From an uncultured Bacteroidales bacterium (GTDB lineage Bacteria; Bacteroidota; Bacteroidia; Bacteroidales; Bacteroidaceae): a DNA stretch of 64,000 bases. Shown here one piece after another: positions 56,902 through 64,000 of the stretch (positions are counted from its first letter, which is position 1; each line of letters begins with the position of its first letter). The position numbers and the translations under genes were made by a program. The notes beneath the pieces are model-generated. The model had not been told where the DNA came from and did not search any database. It was given only the letters and a program-made list of their open reading frames with translations. Where the stretch lies: positions 66,427 through 130,426 of the forward strand of contig CACWTU010000008.1 in the NCBI GenBank assembly GCA_902763885.1. Reading direction: 5' to 3'.

Positions 56902-56930
56902 CCCAATAGGGACAGTCCCCTTTGGGTCAC
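56898..56930. terminator. shared palindromic terminator gtgacccaatagggacagtcccctttgggtcac
   Basis: Both convergent stop codons (TGA 56899-56901 on + and TGA 56929-56927 on -) lie inside the stem. Confidence 0.75.
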
Positions 56931-57757
56931 AGCAGTGAAGACATACCTTCACGTAGCTCAGGCATGGGGCATTTGGTATCGCGCTCCACTATCAGTGTCT
57001 TTAGACCGGCGTAAGGGCGAATTTCTTCTTCTATATCCTTGAGCGGACGGTCCTGGCCGAAATAGGCTTTTGCAAAGAATTCCCAAAACCTGATTGCCAC
57101 GGGCTTTGCCATATGGAACGCCTCCTGTATGAATTCCTCTTTACTGAGGACACAACACAGATATACCATGCCGACATCAAACAGATTGAATCCGTAGCAG
57201 AAATCTCCCAGGTCAATGAAATAGCGATTGGTACCTGTAAATATGGCATTGCCGTACTGCAGGTCACCATGGATGGCGGTGTCGGTATCGGGGGCATCGG
57301 CAATGAACTTTCCGATACGGTCTTTCTGGGCGGTGCTGAAAAACGGATTGTCAGCCAGCAGTTTGTAGTAGCGGTCCTTGACGCATTCAAACTGAGTGGT
57401 ATCTACGTGGACGGAGTGAAGCTTGAGGCTCATCTCAGCAAACTCACTTGCGTACTGTTCTGCAAGCTCCGGATTATCACCGGTGGCGCGGGCGTATGAT
57501 TTCTTGTCACGGATGCGACGGAACCTTATGCCGTATCGGCCATCATCAGTAACTACATAGTCTCCTGGCTCCGGGGTGGGTATGCCTAACTCAAAAACCT
57601 TGCGGGCCAGATTCATCTCATCAAGAGGCTGCTGTATCTTGCCCGGAAAGTAGAGCTTGAGCATAAGGTCCGGATCAGTACGATGGTTGTAACTCTCACC
57701 GTTGGCACCTCCTCCGGAGATGATGTAGTCATTAAGGTTAATATGAACAGCTTCCAT
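56927..57757 (-). CDS. aminoglycoside/choline-kinase-like phosphotransferase (APH family)
   Basis: Brenner-type catalytic motif HGDLQYGNAIF and metal-binding IDLGDF. 276 aa. Its start overlaps the upstream stop (TAATG). Confidence 0.75.
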   Translation of the reverse strand: MEAVHINLNDYIISGGGANGESYNHRTDPDLMLKLYFPGKIQQPLDEMNLARKVFELGIPTPEPGDYVVTDDGRYGIRFRRIRDKKSYARATGDNPELAEQYASEFAEMSLKLHSVHVDTTQFECVKDRYYKLLADNPFFSTAQKDRIGKFIADAPDTDTAIHGDLQYGNAIFTGTNRYFIDLGDFCYGFNLFDVGMVYLCCVLSKEEFIQEAFHMAKPVAIRFWEFFAKAYFGQDRPLKDIEEEIRPYAGLKTLIVERDTKCPMPELREGMSSLL

Positions 57758-58338
57758 TATTTATCACCGAATACTCTGTTAATAAGCCATTCAAACTCCT
57801 GGAAGGCAAATGTGTCATCCAGCTCGCGCAGAGAGTCTGCCAAACCACGGTAATGCCACTCATGTTCTTTAGGGTCATGTACACGGAATAAGTTCCAGAT
57901 TTTGTCACCCTGCATATACTGATCCCTTGCAATGGCGCGCATATTGGACAGCTTGTCACCTATGGCAACGATTTTTGCATCTCTCGATACTGCGGCCAGG
58001 CGGTCTATGGCAGCCTGCTTGCGGTCATGCCAGCTGTCCTCTTCCGAACGGTTTTCAAATACCACATCCGTCTCTGCGCTGACAAGTGATGCCACTCTGT
58101 CACCGAACTCGGAGCGTATCTGTTCAATTGTTACGTCAGTATCCTCAACGGTGTCATGAAGTGCTGCAGCAGCCAGGATTTCCTGGTCAGAGGTAATAGT
58201 GGCAGCTATTGAAACAGCCTCCATGGGGTGTACAATATAAGGGAATCCCTTACCGCGGCGTTCTGTGCCGGCATGTGCCTTGACCGCAAACATAATGGCG
58301 CGGTCAAGCAGTTCTGTATCTAATGGTTTGTTTGGCAT
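57757..58338 (-). CDS. stand-alone HD-domain (p)ppGpp-hydrolase-like protein (small alarmone hydrolase)
   Basis: AHAGTERRGKGFPYIVHPMEAV and ALHDTVEDT (HD motif) match the RelA/SpoT hydrolase domain. 193 aa. Confidence 0.75.
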   Translation of the reverse strand: MPNKPLDTELLDRAIMFAVKAHAGTERRGKGFPYIVHPMEAVSIAATITSDQEILAAAALHDTVEDTDVTIEQIRSEFGDRVASLVSAETDVVFENRSEEDSWHDRKQAAIDRLAAVSRDAKIVAIGDKLSNMRAIARDQYMQGDKIWNLFRVHDPKEHEWHYRGLADSLRELDDTFAFQEFEWLINRVFGDK

Positions 58339-58339
58339 T

Positions 58340-59410
58340 TCAGTTGTCTGTATTCATGAAAGGAAGATCTTTTGCCTGCTCCATCAGCATCTCGGCCATC
58401 ATCTCGTTACTGTCTGACTCACCGTTAAGCGTGTCAAACATGTTTTTGATTCCGGCCTTTCCGCCTCCGTTCTTGAGTATATATGCAATGCAAAGGTCTT
58501 GCGGTCCTATTGATGATGATATTATGTCAAGGTCTGTAAGTCCTATCTGATAGCATGCCAGTTGGTATGCACCGTCGGAGTATTTCTTGACGACAGATGC
58601 TATATCGCCTAACGATTTGAGCCCCATGCTTTTGAATACAGGCAGGTAGGGCATCAGCGGAACTTCCTGTATCTCAGCCTGGTTCATGGCGGCAATACGC
58701 TTGTTAAGCTGGTTGAACGGTTCCAGTTCAAGGTAACTGCGGAACGTATCACCATCAATGGGAACCTCATCCAGATTGCCTGAGCGGACAAGAGCCTGTA
58801 CCCTGCGGCGGTAGTCAGTCAGTTCTATGCGTATCTTGCTGAACTCATCATCCACAAGTTCCAGCATACCTGCCAGACGGCTCATGTTCCTCATATAACG
58901 CTTGGGTATCTCCACTCCTGATTTGTAACCGGTGTCATGGTCCATATTGGCCCAGGCATGCTGCAGTAATGTGCGCATCTGGATCTCAAAACGGTACGGG
59001 AAACCCGGTACAGAGCAGATATAGTGCAGTGAAAGATAACCGAAACTGTCTATCTCATGTATCTTGCGTTTGTCAACGGAGTTCTCCCAGTCTATGGTAA
59101 AGAGACGTTCTACGGCCGATGCCACTTTATCCACATCATCCAGATAGAATGTAATCACTCTCAGGCCCAATATATCAGTGATATCTGAGAGACTGTTGTA
59201 TTTGTGTCCCTTCAACTCCAGCTTGCCGGCCAATGAATCATATGCCTTGACACGTGATTCTATGGCGGCGACAATAAGTCCGGCATCAGCCAGAGTCTTT
59301 TTGAGCTTCTCCTTTGTATCCTGTTCAATCTCCCTGAAACGTGGCAGATTATTCTGATATTCATCCAGGATTGACTGACAGTGCGCATCAAGATGTCTTG
59401 CCTTTGACAT
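58340..59410 (-). CDS. RelA/SpoT-domain nucleotide pyrophosphokinase (small alarmone synthetase) with extra C-terminal domain
   Basis: Synthetase-domain motifs: SRVKAYDSLAGKL, DILGLRVITFY, GYLSLHYI, EIQMRTLLQHAWANMDHD. About 150 further residues have no motif I recognise. Confidence 0.75.
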   Translation of the reverse strand: MSKARHLDAHCQSILDEYQNNLPRFREIEQDTKEKLKKTLADAGLIVAAIESRVKAYDSLAGKLELKGHKYNSLSDITDILGLRVITFYLDDVDKVASAVERLFTIDWENSVDKRKIHEIDSFGYLSLHYICSVPGFPYRFEIQMRTLLQHAWANMDHDTGYKSGVEIPKRYMRNMSRLAGMLELVDDEFSKIRIELTDYRRRVQALVRSGNLDEVPIDGDTFRSYLELEPFNQLNKRIAAMNQAEIQEVPLMPYLPVFKSMGLKSLGDIASVVKKYSDGAYQLACYQIGLTDLDIISSSIGPQDLCIAYILKNGGGKAGIKNMFDTLNGESDSNEMMAEMLMEQAKDLPFMNTDN

Positions 59411-59439
59411 AGTTCAATGTGTTGTTGAAAATACAGATG

Positions 59440-59447
59440 CAAAGATA
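59440..59447 (-). promoter_or_regulatory. candidate -7 promoter element TATCTTTG for the SAS-SAH-kinase operon
   Basis: TAnnTTTG match about 30 nt upstream of the SAS ATG, in the divergent region shared with rmuC. Confidence 0.4.
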
Positions 59448-59514
59448 TTTTTTTCTTTGTCCTAGGCAATGATTTATTGACTATATTTACGACTGGAAAC
59501 AATTTATTTGGCAG

Positions 59515-60813
59515 ATGGAAATCATAATAGGTGTTTTGTGTGCAGCATTGGGCTTACTGGCAGGTTTTATGCTGGGACGTAACCATAAGCGTGAGGCAGA
59601 GCTTGAGGCGCAGGTCAAGGTGCTGGAGTCACAGGTTCAGACTGCCGATAAGCAGATGCTTAAATCCAAGGAGGAGTGGCAGGCCCATACGCAGGAACTG
59701 CTAACGGCACAACAGGCTAAATTTGATGAGACAATAGCCAAGGTCACGGCACAGATGCGTGACGCCACTGATGAGATGCTTAAGAAGCGCCAGGAAGAGT
59801 TTTCTGCATCAAGCAACACCAGTCTTGGGCAGATAGTCAATCCTCTAAAGGAGACTATTGACAAGATGAAGGAGGCCATGAAGGAAAATACCATAAAGCA
59901 GACAGAGATAGGAGGTGAGATCAAGACTCAGGCTCTGAATATGATGCGCCAGAGCGAGGCGGCCAAGAACAGTGCCGATGAGCTTACCCGCGTGTTCCGT
60001 CACGCAGGCAGGGTGCAGGGCAACTGGGGTGAAATAATTCTCGATGAGTTACTTGAATCCCAAGGCCTGACCAAGGGGGTACACTATGAGATACAGTCTT
60101 CAATCCGTGATTCTGCCGGTGATGTGGTCCGTAATGTTGATGATCACGGTATGCGTCCCGATGTCATCCTGCATCTTGATCAGAAACGTGATGTCATCAT
60201 TGACTCAAAAGTGTCTCTTACCGCTTTCATGGATTATGTGAACGCAGAGGATGAGGCTGACCGTCAGAGATACCTCAAGGCTCATGTGGACAGTATCCGT
60301 AAGCATGTAAAGGAACTCTCCACAAAGGATTACTCATCATACGTAAAGCCTCCCAAGGTGCGTATGGATTATGTGATTATGTTTGTGCCCAACACCGGTG
60401 CTCTCTGGACCGCTATCACCGCGCAGCCCGATTTATGGCGTAATGCCATGGACAGTAATGTCTATATTGCCGATGAGCAGACCCTGTTTGCCGCTCTGCG
60501 TATCATCAACCTGACATGGACCCAGATAATTCAGGCACAGAATCATGAGAAGGTGTTTGAACTGGCCAATGAACTTATGGACAGGGTAGGGCAGTTCATG
60601 GGCAGATACAAGAATATGGGCGATGCCCTGTCAAAGGCTCTCAAGGCCTATGAGGATGGCGAGAAGAAACTTCAACCCGGAGGCCAAAGCATACTTCAGA
60701 CTTGTGGTAAGCTGCAGAAACTGGGAGCTAAGCAGAGTTCCAAGAACCCCTTGCCTCAATTGGATGATGATTCAGAAACCGGGGAGGATCCGGAGAGACT
60801 GATTGAAGAATAA
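59515..60813 (+). CDS. rmuC: DNA recombination protein RmuC
   Basis: N-terminal TM plus coiled coil, WGE..L..LLE motif (NWGEIILDELLES), PDVILHLD nuclease-like core, MFVPNTGA. Confidence 0.85.
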   Translation: MEIIIGVLCAALGLLAGFMLGRNHKREAELEAQVKVLESQVQTADKQMLKSKEEWQAHTQELLTAQQAKFDETIAKVTAQMRDATDEMLKKRQEEFSASSNTSLGQIVNPLKETIDKMKEAMKENTIKQTEIGGEIKTQALNMMRQSEAAKNSADELTRVFRHAGRVQGNWGEIILDELLESQGLTKGVHYEIQSSIRDSAGDVVRNVDDHGMRPDVILHLDQKRDVIIDSKVSLTAFMDYVNAEDEADRQRYLKAHVDSIRKHVKELSTKDYSSYVKPPKVRMDYVIMFVPNTGALWTAITAQPDLWRNAMDSNVYIADEQTLFAALRIINLTWTQIIQAQNHEKVFELANELMDRVGQFMGRYKNMGDALSKALKAYEDGEKKLQPGGQSILQTCGKLQKLGAKQSSKNPLPQLDDDSETGEDPERLIEE

Positions 60814-60816
60814 AAA

Positions 60817-60854
60817 AGACCTGGGTCACATAAGCATCGGCCCAGGTCTTTTTG
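60817..60854. terminator. bidirectional hairpin agacctggg-N15-cccaggtct with flanking A-run and T-run
   Basis: 9-bp stem between convergent rmuC (+) and the STAS gene (-). Confidence 0.7.
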
Positions 60855-60870
60855 TGAAATACTGATGTTA

Positions 60871-61176
60871 TCAGTCCTGAATCTCGAACAGGTTCAGGAA
60901 ACCGGTCATCATGAAGACTGAGCGGATCTCATTGTTGATAGCCTTGACAATTACCTTGCCGCCTTTTGATGCAGCAGCCTTGCGCAGTGACAGGAACAGT
61001 CTCAGACCGGAGCTTGAGATGTACTGCAACTGAGTGCAGTCCAGGATGACGGTTCCTGCAGCAAATTGTGTCAGATTATCAAAATCACCGCTTATCTCCT
61101 GTGAGGCGGGTGTGTCCAAACGACCTATTAACTGTGCGGTCGTTACAGAATCCTGTGTGTTGATTTTTACTTCCAT
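60871..61176 (-). CDS. STAS-domain anti-sigma-factor antagonist (SpoIIAA/RsbV-like)
   Basis: 101 aa. LDCTQLQYISSSGLRLFLSL contains the conserved phospho-serine motif (DxxxxxxISSSGL). Confidence 0.8.
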   Translation of the reverse strand: MEVKINTQDSVTTAQLIGRLDTPASQEISGDFDNLTQFAAGTVILDCTQLQYISSSGLRLFLSLRKAAASKGGKVIVKAINNEIRSVFMMTGFLNLFEIQD

Positions 61177-61199
61177 AATTCTAATATTTATTATTGTTC

Positions 61200-62708
61200 T
61201 TAATCTTCCGTATCTCCCATAATGATGACCAGCCTGTCACCAACCATAAGCTTAAGGCTGCCATGAGGAACGATATACTTTTCAGCCCGTCTTACCATAA
61301 TTACACGTATGCCGTGAGGCAGATGCAGGTCACGCAGTGTCTCTCCGCGTTCAAGATCCTCCTCCGTTACAATATGGTCACGCAGCATTCCCATCTCCTC
61401 CGGTATTTCCATGCCGAAAGTCTCCACTTCAGGGTCATCGTCTATGCTCATGTTGAGCAGACGGGCCATAGGTGAAATAGTCATTCCCTGAACTAGAAGT
61501 GAGAGCAAGGTGATGGAGAACACTATGTTGAATATCTCGTTTGAGCCATCCACACCCTCAACTACGGTATAGAGTGCGAACAGGATGGGGCCCGCTCCTT
61601 TGAGTCCTACCCATGAAGCCAGAATTTTGGCTCTGAATGTGAATCCTTTGAACGGTGCCAAACTGAGCAGGGTACCGATTGGGCGTGCTATAAGCATAAG
61701 GAACAGTCCTATTAAGATTGCCGGCCAAATGATATGTGGTATCTGTGAAGGCTTGGCCAGCAGACCCAGCAACAGGAACATGATAAGCTGTGAGAGCCAT
61801 GTTATTCCGTCAAAGAACAGGAGCACGTCTTTCTTGAACGGCAGGTTTGGAGTGTTACCTATCACTATAGCTGATACATAAAGTGACAATAGACCGTTGC
61901 CACCTATGGATGATGCAAAACCGTTGGCGAACAGTGCTATGCTCAGAATCATTATAGAGTAGAGCGGGCTTGTCTGGAGCTTTATTTTGGGCAGTAGCCA
62001 ACGGGCGGCGTGTCCCAGAGCAAGTCCAACTCCAAAGCCTAGTATAATCTGTTTTATCAGAATCCAGACTCCTGTAAGAATTATATTAAATGTACCTGAT
62101 GCCCCTGATACGCCGTGAAGTGCTTCCATAATCTGCACCAGGAGTATGGTAAGCACATATGCCATAGGGTCATTACTACCAGACTCAAGCTCAAGCATCG
62201 GTCCCAGGTTTTCACGGAGTGTGAGACGGTGACCTCGCAGTATTGAGAATACGGATGCTGAATCTGTTGATGAGAGCACTGTGGCCAGAAGGAAACAGCC
62301 CATGATGGTTGTACCTGCACCTCCAATCTTGTCACCGAGTGCAAAATAGATGAACAAACCTGTGGCTACTATTGTCAGGAACACGCCCAGTGTTGACATG
62401 GATATTCCCTTCCTGATGATAGGGCGTGTCTCCTCAAGTGATGTCTCCAAACCACCTGTGAGTAGGATGATGGTCATCGCAAGATGTCCGAGGAACTCTG
62501 CTGCTCCAAGATTATTCACATTGATGCCTAAACCATCCTCACCGGCCAACATTCCTATTATGAGGAACAGAAGCATGGTGGGAACGCCGAATTTGGTACC
62601 TATTTTTGCCATGATTATGGCAATGAACATCAGAATGGAGACAAGCAGGATGAGGTTTCCTGATGCCAGATCGATGTTGAATATAGAAAGAGGTATGGCT
62701 GTCATCAT
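61200..62708 (-). CDS. K+/H+ antiporter (CPA1, NhaP2/CvrA-like) with C-terminal TrkA-C (RCK_C) domain
   Basis: 502 aa with about 12 TM segments. N-terminus is FGVPTMLLFLIIGMLAGEDGLG. C-terminal soluble domain is LRDLHLPHGIRVIMVRR...GDRLVIIMG. Confidence 0.8.
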   Translation of the reverse strand: MMTAIPLSIFNIDLASGNLILLVSILMFIAIIMAKIGTKFGVPTMLLFLIIGMLAGEDGLGINVNNLGAAEFLGHLAMTIILLTGGLETSLEETRPIIRKGISMSTLGVFLTIVATGLFIYFALGDKIGGAGTTIMGCFLLATVLSSTDSASVFSILRGHRLTLRENLGPMLELESGSNDPMAYVLTILLVQIMEALHGVSGASGTFNIILTGVWILIKQIILGFGVGLALGHAARWLLPKIKLQTSPLYSIMILSIALFANGFASSIGGNGLLSLYVSAIVIGNTPNLPFKKDVLLFFDGITWLSQLIMFLLLGLLAKPSQIPHIIWPAILIGLFLMLIARPIGTLLSLAPFKGFTFRAKILASWVGLKGAGPILFALYTVVEGVDGSNEIFNIVFSITLLSLLVQGMTISPMARLLNMSIDDDPEVETFGMEIPEEMGMLRDHIVTEEDLERGETLRDLHLPHGIRVIMVRRAEKYIVPHGSLKLMVGDRLVIIMGDTED

Positions 62709-64000
62709 TTACTTATTTTCTTGATAAGAGTGAGTACGTTGCGTCCGTTTACTCTCTCATAATTGATATGGTCCATAATCTGACGTATCAGATGTATTCC
62801 CAGTCCTCCTATGGAACGATCCTCCGCACTAAGCGTTATATCAACCTCAGGTTTGGCTGTGGGGTCAAAAGGTGTACCGGAATCAATGATTATGAATGAT
62901 ACCTCAGAGCCGTTTGATTTGACCTCAATTGTTACGTTGCCTACCGTACCTGCGGGATAAGCGTAGTTCATGACATTGACAACGGCCTCCTCAATGGCCA
63001 GATTGATCTGCATGGTTGAAGACATATCAAAGCCATTGGCTTCACAAACCTCATCAATGAAGGTGTTGAGCCTGGGTACGCGCTTCAGGTCATTGGTGAG
63101 TGTGAGGGTGCGCTGATATTTTATCTCCTCATGATGCTTTGTGTACTGAATGGCAAGCATGGTAAGGTCATCGCTCTGATCAGCCTCACCTACGAATTCA
63201 TGAACGGCACTGGTCATGCGTTCTATTATAGCTGTAGGTGAGAATACCCGGTTCTGTTGCAGATTATGCGCCAGGTCAATGGTGCGGTTCATCTCAAACT
63301 GGTCATGATTTATGTTCTCAGCCTCGGGGAGTCCGTCAGTATAAAGGAATATTGTCGTGTCCGGGTCAATAAGGGTCTCCTGCAGCGTGAACTTCCAATT
63401 AGCCATTACTCCCACCGGCAGGTTTGAGTCAACGGGCAATAATCCGGCGCCGGTATTACCGATAAGTATCGGCGCATCGTGACCGGCATTGCAATAGTGC
63501 ATACGTCCGGTGGGCAGATCCAGAACACCTACGAACAGGGTGACGAACATGTTGGAATCATTATCCTCCGACATGGCGTCATTGATTCTGGATATGATTT
63601 TCTCCGGTGATGATTCATGGGCCGAAATGGTTCTGAACAGAGCCTTTGTCACCACCATATAGAGTGATGCCGGAACCCCCTTGCCGGATACATCGCCGAT
63701 ACAGAAGAACAGCTTCTCATCACGGATAAAGAAGTCAAATAGGTCGCCACCCACCTCTTTGGCAGGAGTCAATTGTCCGAATACATCAATGTCATCTCTA
63801 TCAGGATATGGCGGAAATATCTTGGGGAGCATAGCCATCTGGATATCGCGGGCAATCTTTAGTTCACCCTGTATGCGTCCTTTCTGCTCGTTTACCTGTT
63901 TCAACTCTTCAATCTGACGTACAATGGACTGTTGCATGTATCTGAATGATTCATTCAGTTTTCCAATCTCATCGTTATGCTTATATTCCGTAATCTCCTC
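62705..64000 (-). CDS. HAMP-PP2C (SpoIIE/RsbU-like) phosphatase fused to an RsbW-like HATPase kinase domain; 5' end beyond the window
   Basis: The frame is open through to 64000 (EEITEYKHNDEIGKLNESFRYMQ is the end of a HAMP domain). PP2C motifs: GGDLFDF, IGDVSGKGV, TDGLPEA. C-terminal HATPase: EEAVVNVMNYAY...DSGTPFDP...GGLGIHLIRQIMD. Overlaps the antiporter start by ATGA. Confidence 0.8.
   Translation of the reverse strand, partial: EEITEYKHNDEIGKLNESFRYMQQSIVRQIEELKQVNEQKGRIQGELKIARDIQMAMLPKIFPPYPDRDDIDVFGQLTPAKEVGGDLFDFFIRDEKLFFCIGDVSGKGVPASLYMVVTKALFRTISAHESSPEKIISRINDAMSEDNDSNMFVTLFVGVLDLPTGRMHYCNAGHDAPILIGNTGAGLLPVDSNLPVGVMANWKFTLQETLIDPDTTIFLYTDGLPEAENINHDQFEMNRTIDLAHNLQQNRVFSPTAIIERMTSAVHEFVGEADQSDDLTMLAIQYTKHHEEIKYQRTLTLTNDLKRVPRLNTFIDEVCEANGFDMSSTMQINLAIEEAVVNVMNYAYPAGTVGNVTIEVKSNGSEVSFIIIDSGTPFDPTAKPEVDITLSAEDRSIGGLGIHLIRQIMDHINYERVNGRNVLTLIKKISK

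Noticed and set aside
3850-56930. Considered whether the recurring GGGAC-N-GTCCC palindromes could be a CRISPR array or its remnants.
   Set aside because: The copies are kilobases apart and not regularly spaced. Their flanks differ, they sit between ordinary genes, and no cas genes are present.
1-64000. Looked in all intergenic gaps over 60 nt for tRNA, rRNA, tmRNA-like or other structured RNA genes.
   Set aside because: None of the gaps contains a cloverleaf-compatible, GC-rich ~75-nt segment or rRNA-like sequence. The cobalamin riboswitch is the only structured RNA I can support by eye.

Overview
This is a 64 kb chromosomal segment that looks like Bacteroidota, order Bacteroidales. The evidence is recurrent TAnnTTTG -7 promoter motifs and no Shine-Dalgarno sequences. 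Ribosomal protein S16 has a long A/E/K-rich tail, and there are lipoproteins with acidic post-Cys export signals and T9SS-like C-terminal tails. GC is about 50%, apart from one AT-rich island at about 48.6-51.1 kb. I support about 50 protein genes and found no rRNA, tRNA or CRISPR array. Main blocks, in order: (1) a Tat-exported aldo/keto reductase, a NapH-like polyferredoxin and a His-rich P1B heavy-metal ATPase. (2) Three GH3 glycosidases, none with a SusC/SusD pair. (3) A cobalamin-riboswitch-controlled B12 capture locus: BtuB-like TonB receptor, beta-propeller, and a giant protein with tandemly duplicated DUF4465-like domains, followed downstream by a separately expressed orphan BtuD-like ATPase. 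(4) rpsP. (5) A complete rseC-rnfBCDGEA operon followed by an exported reductase with two FMN-binding domains and one FAD domain. (6) Housekeeping genes: ispE, dnaB, pheT, yebC-family, nadE, uxuA plus a mannitol-dehydrogenase-family gene, lepA, acyl-CoA ligase, yggS, lolE-like, rmuC. (7) An IS1182-family transposase remnant next to an AT-rich island with two tandem paralogous lipoprotein genes. (8) A tightly coupled operon of a small alarmone synthetase, a small alarmone hydrolase and an APH-like kinase, which resembles a toxSAS toxin-antitoxin/defence module with an extra component. (9) An operon of a HAMP-PP2C-HATPase fusion, a K+/H+ antiporter and a STAS protein. Intergenic DNA carries two short repeat families that the genes do not explain. 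One is a GGGAC-N-GTCCC-cored palindrome, often starting exactly on a TGA stop codon and sometimes doubled. The other is an inverted ATTGAGA/ATTGAAA heptamer element. All product calls come from motif recognition by eye, with no database search, so family names should be confirmed by HMM or BLAST searches.
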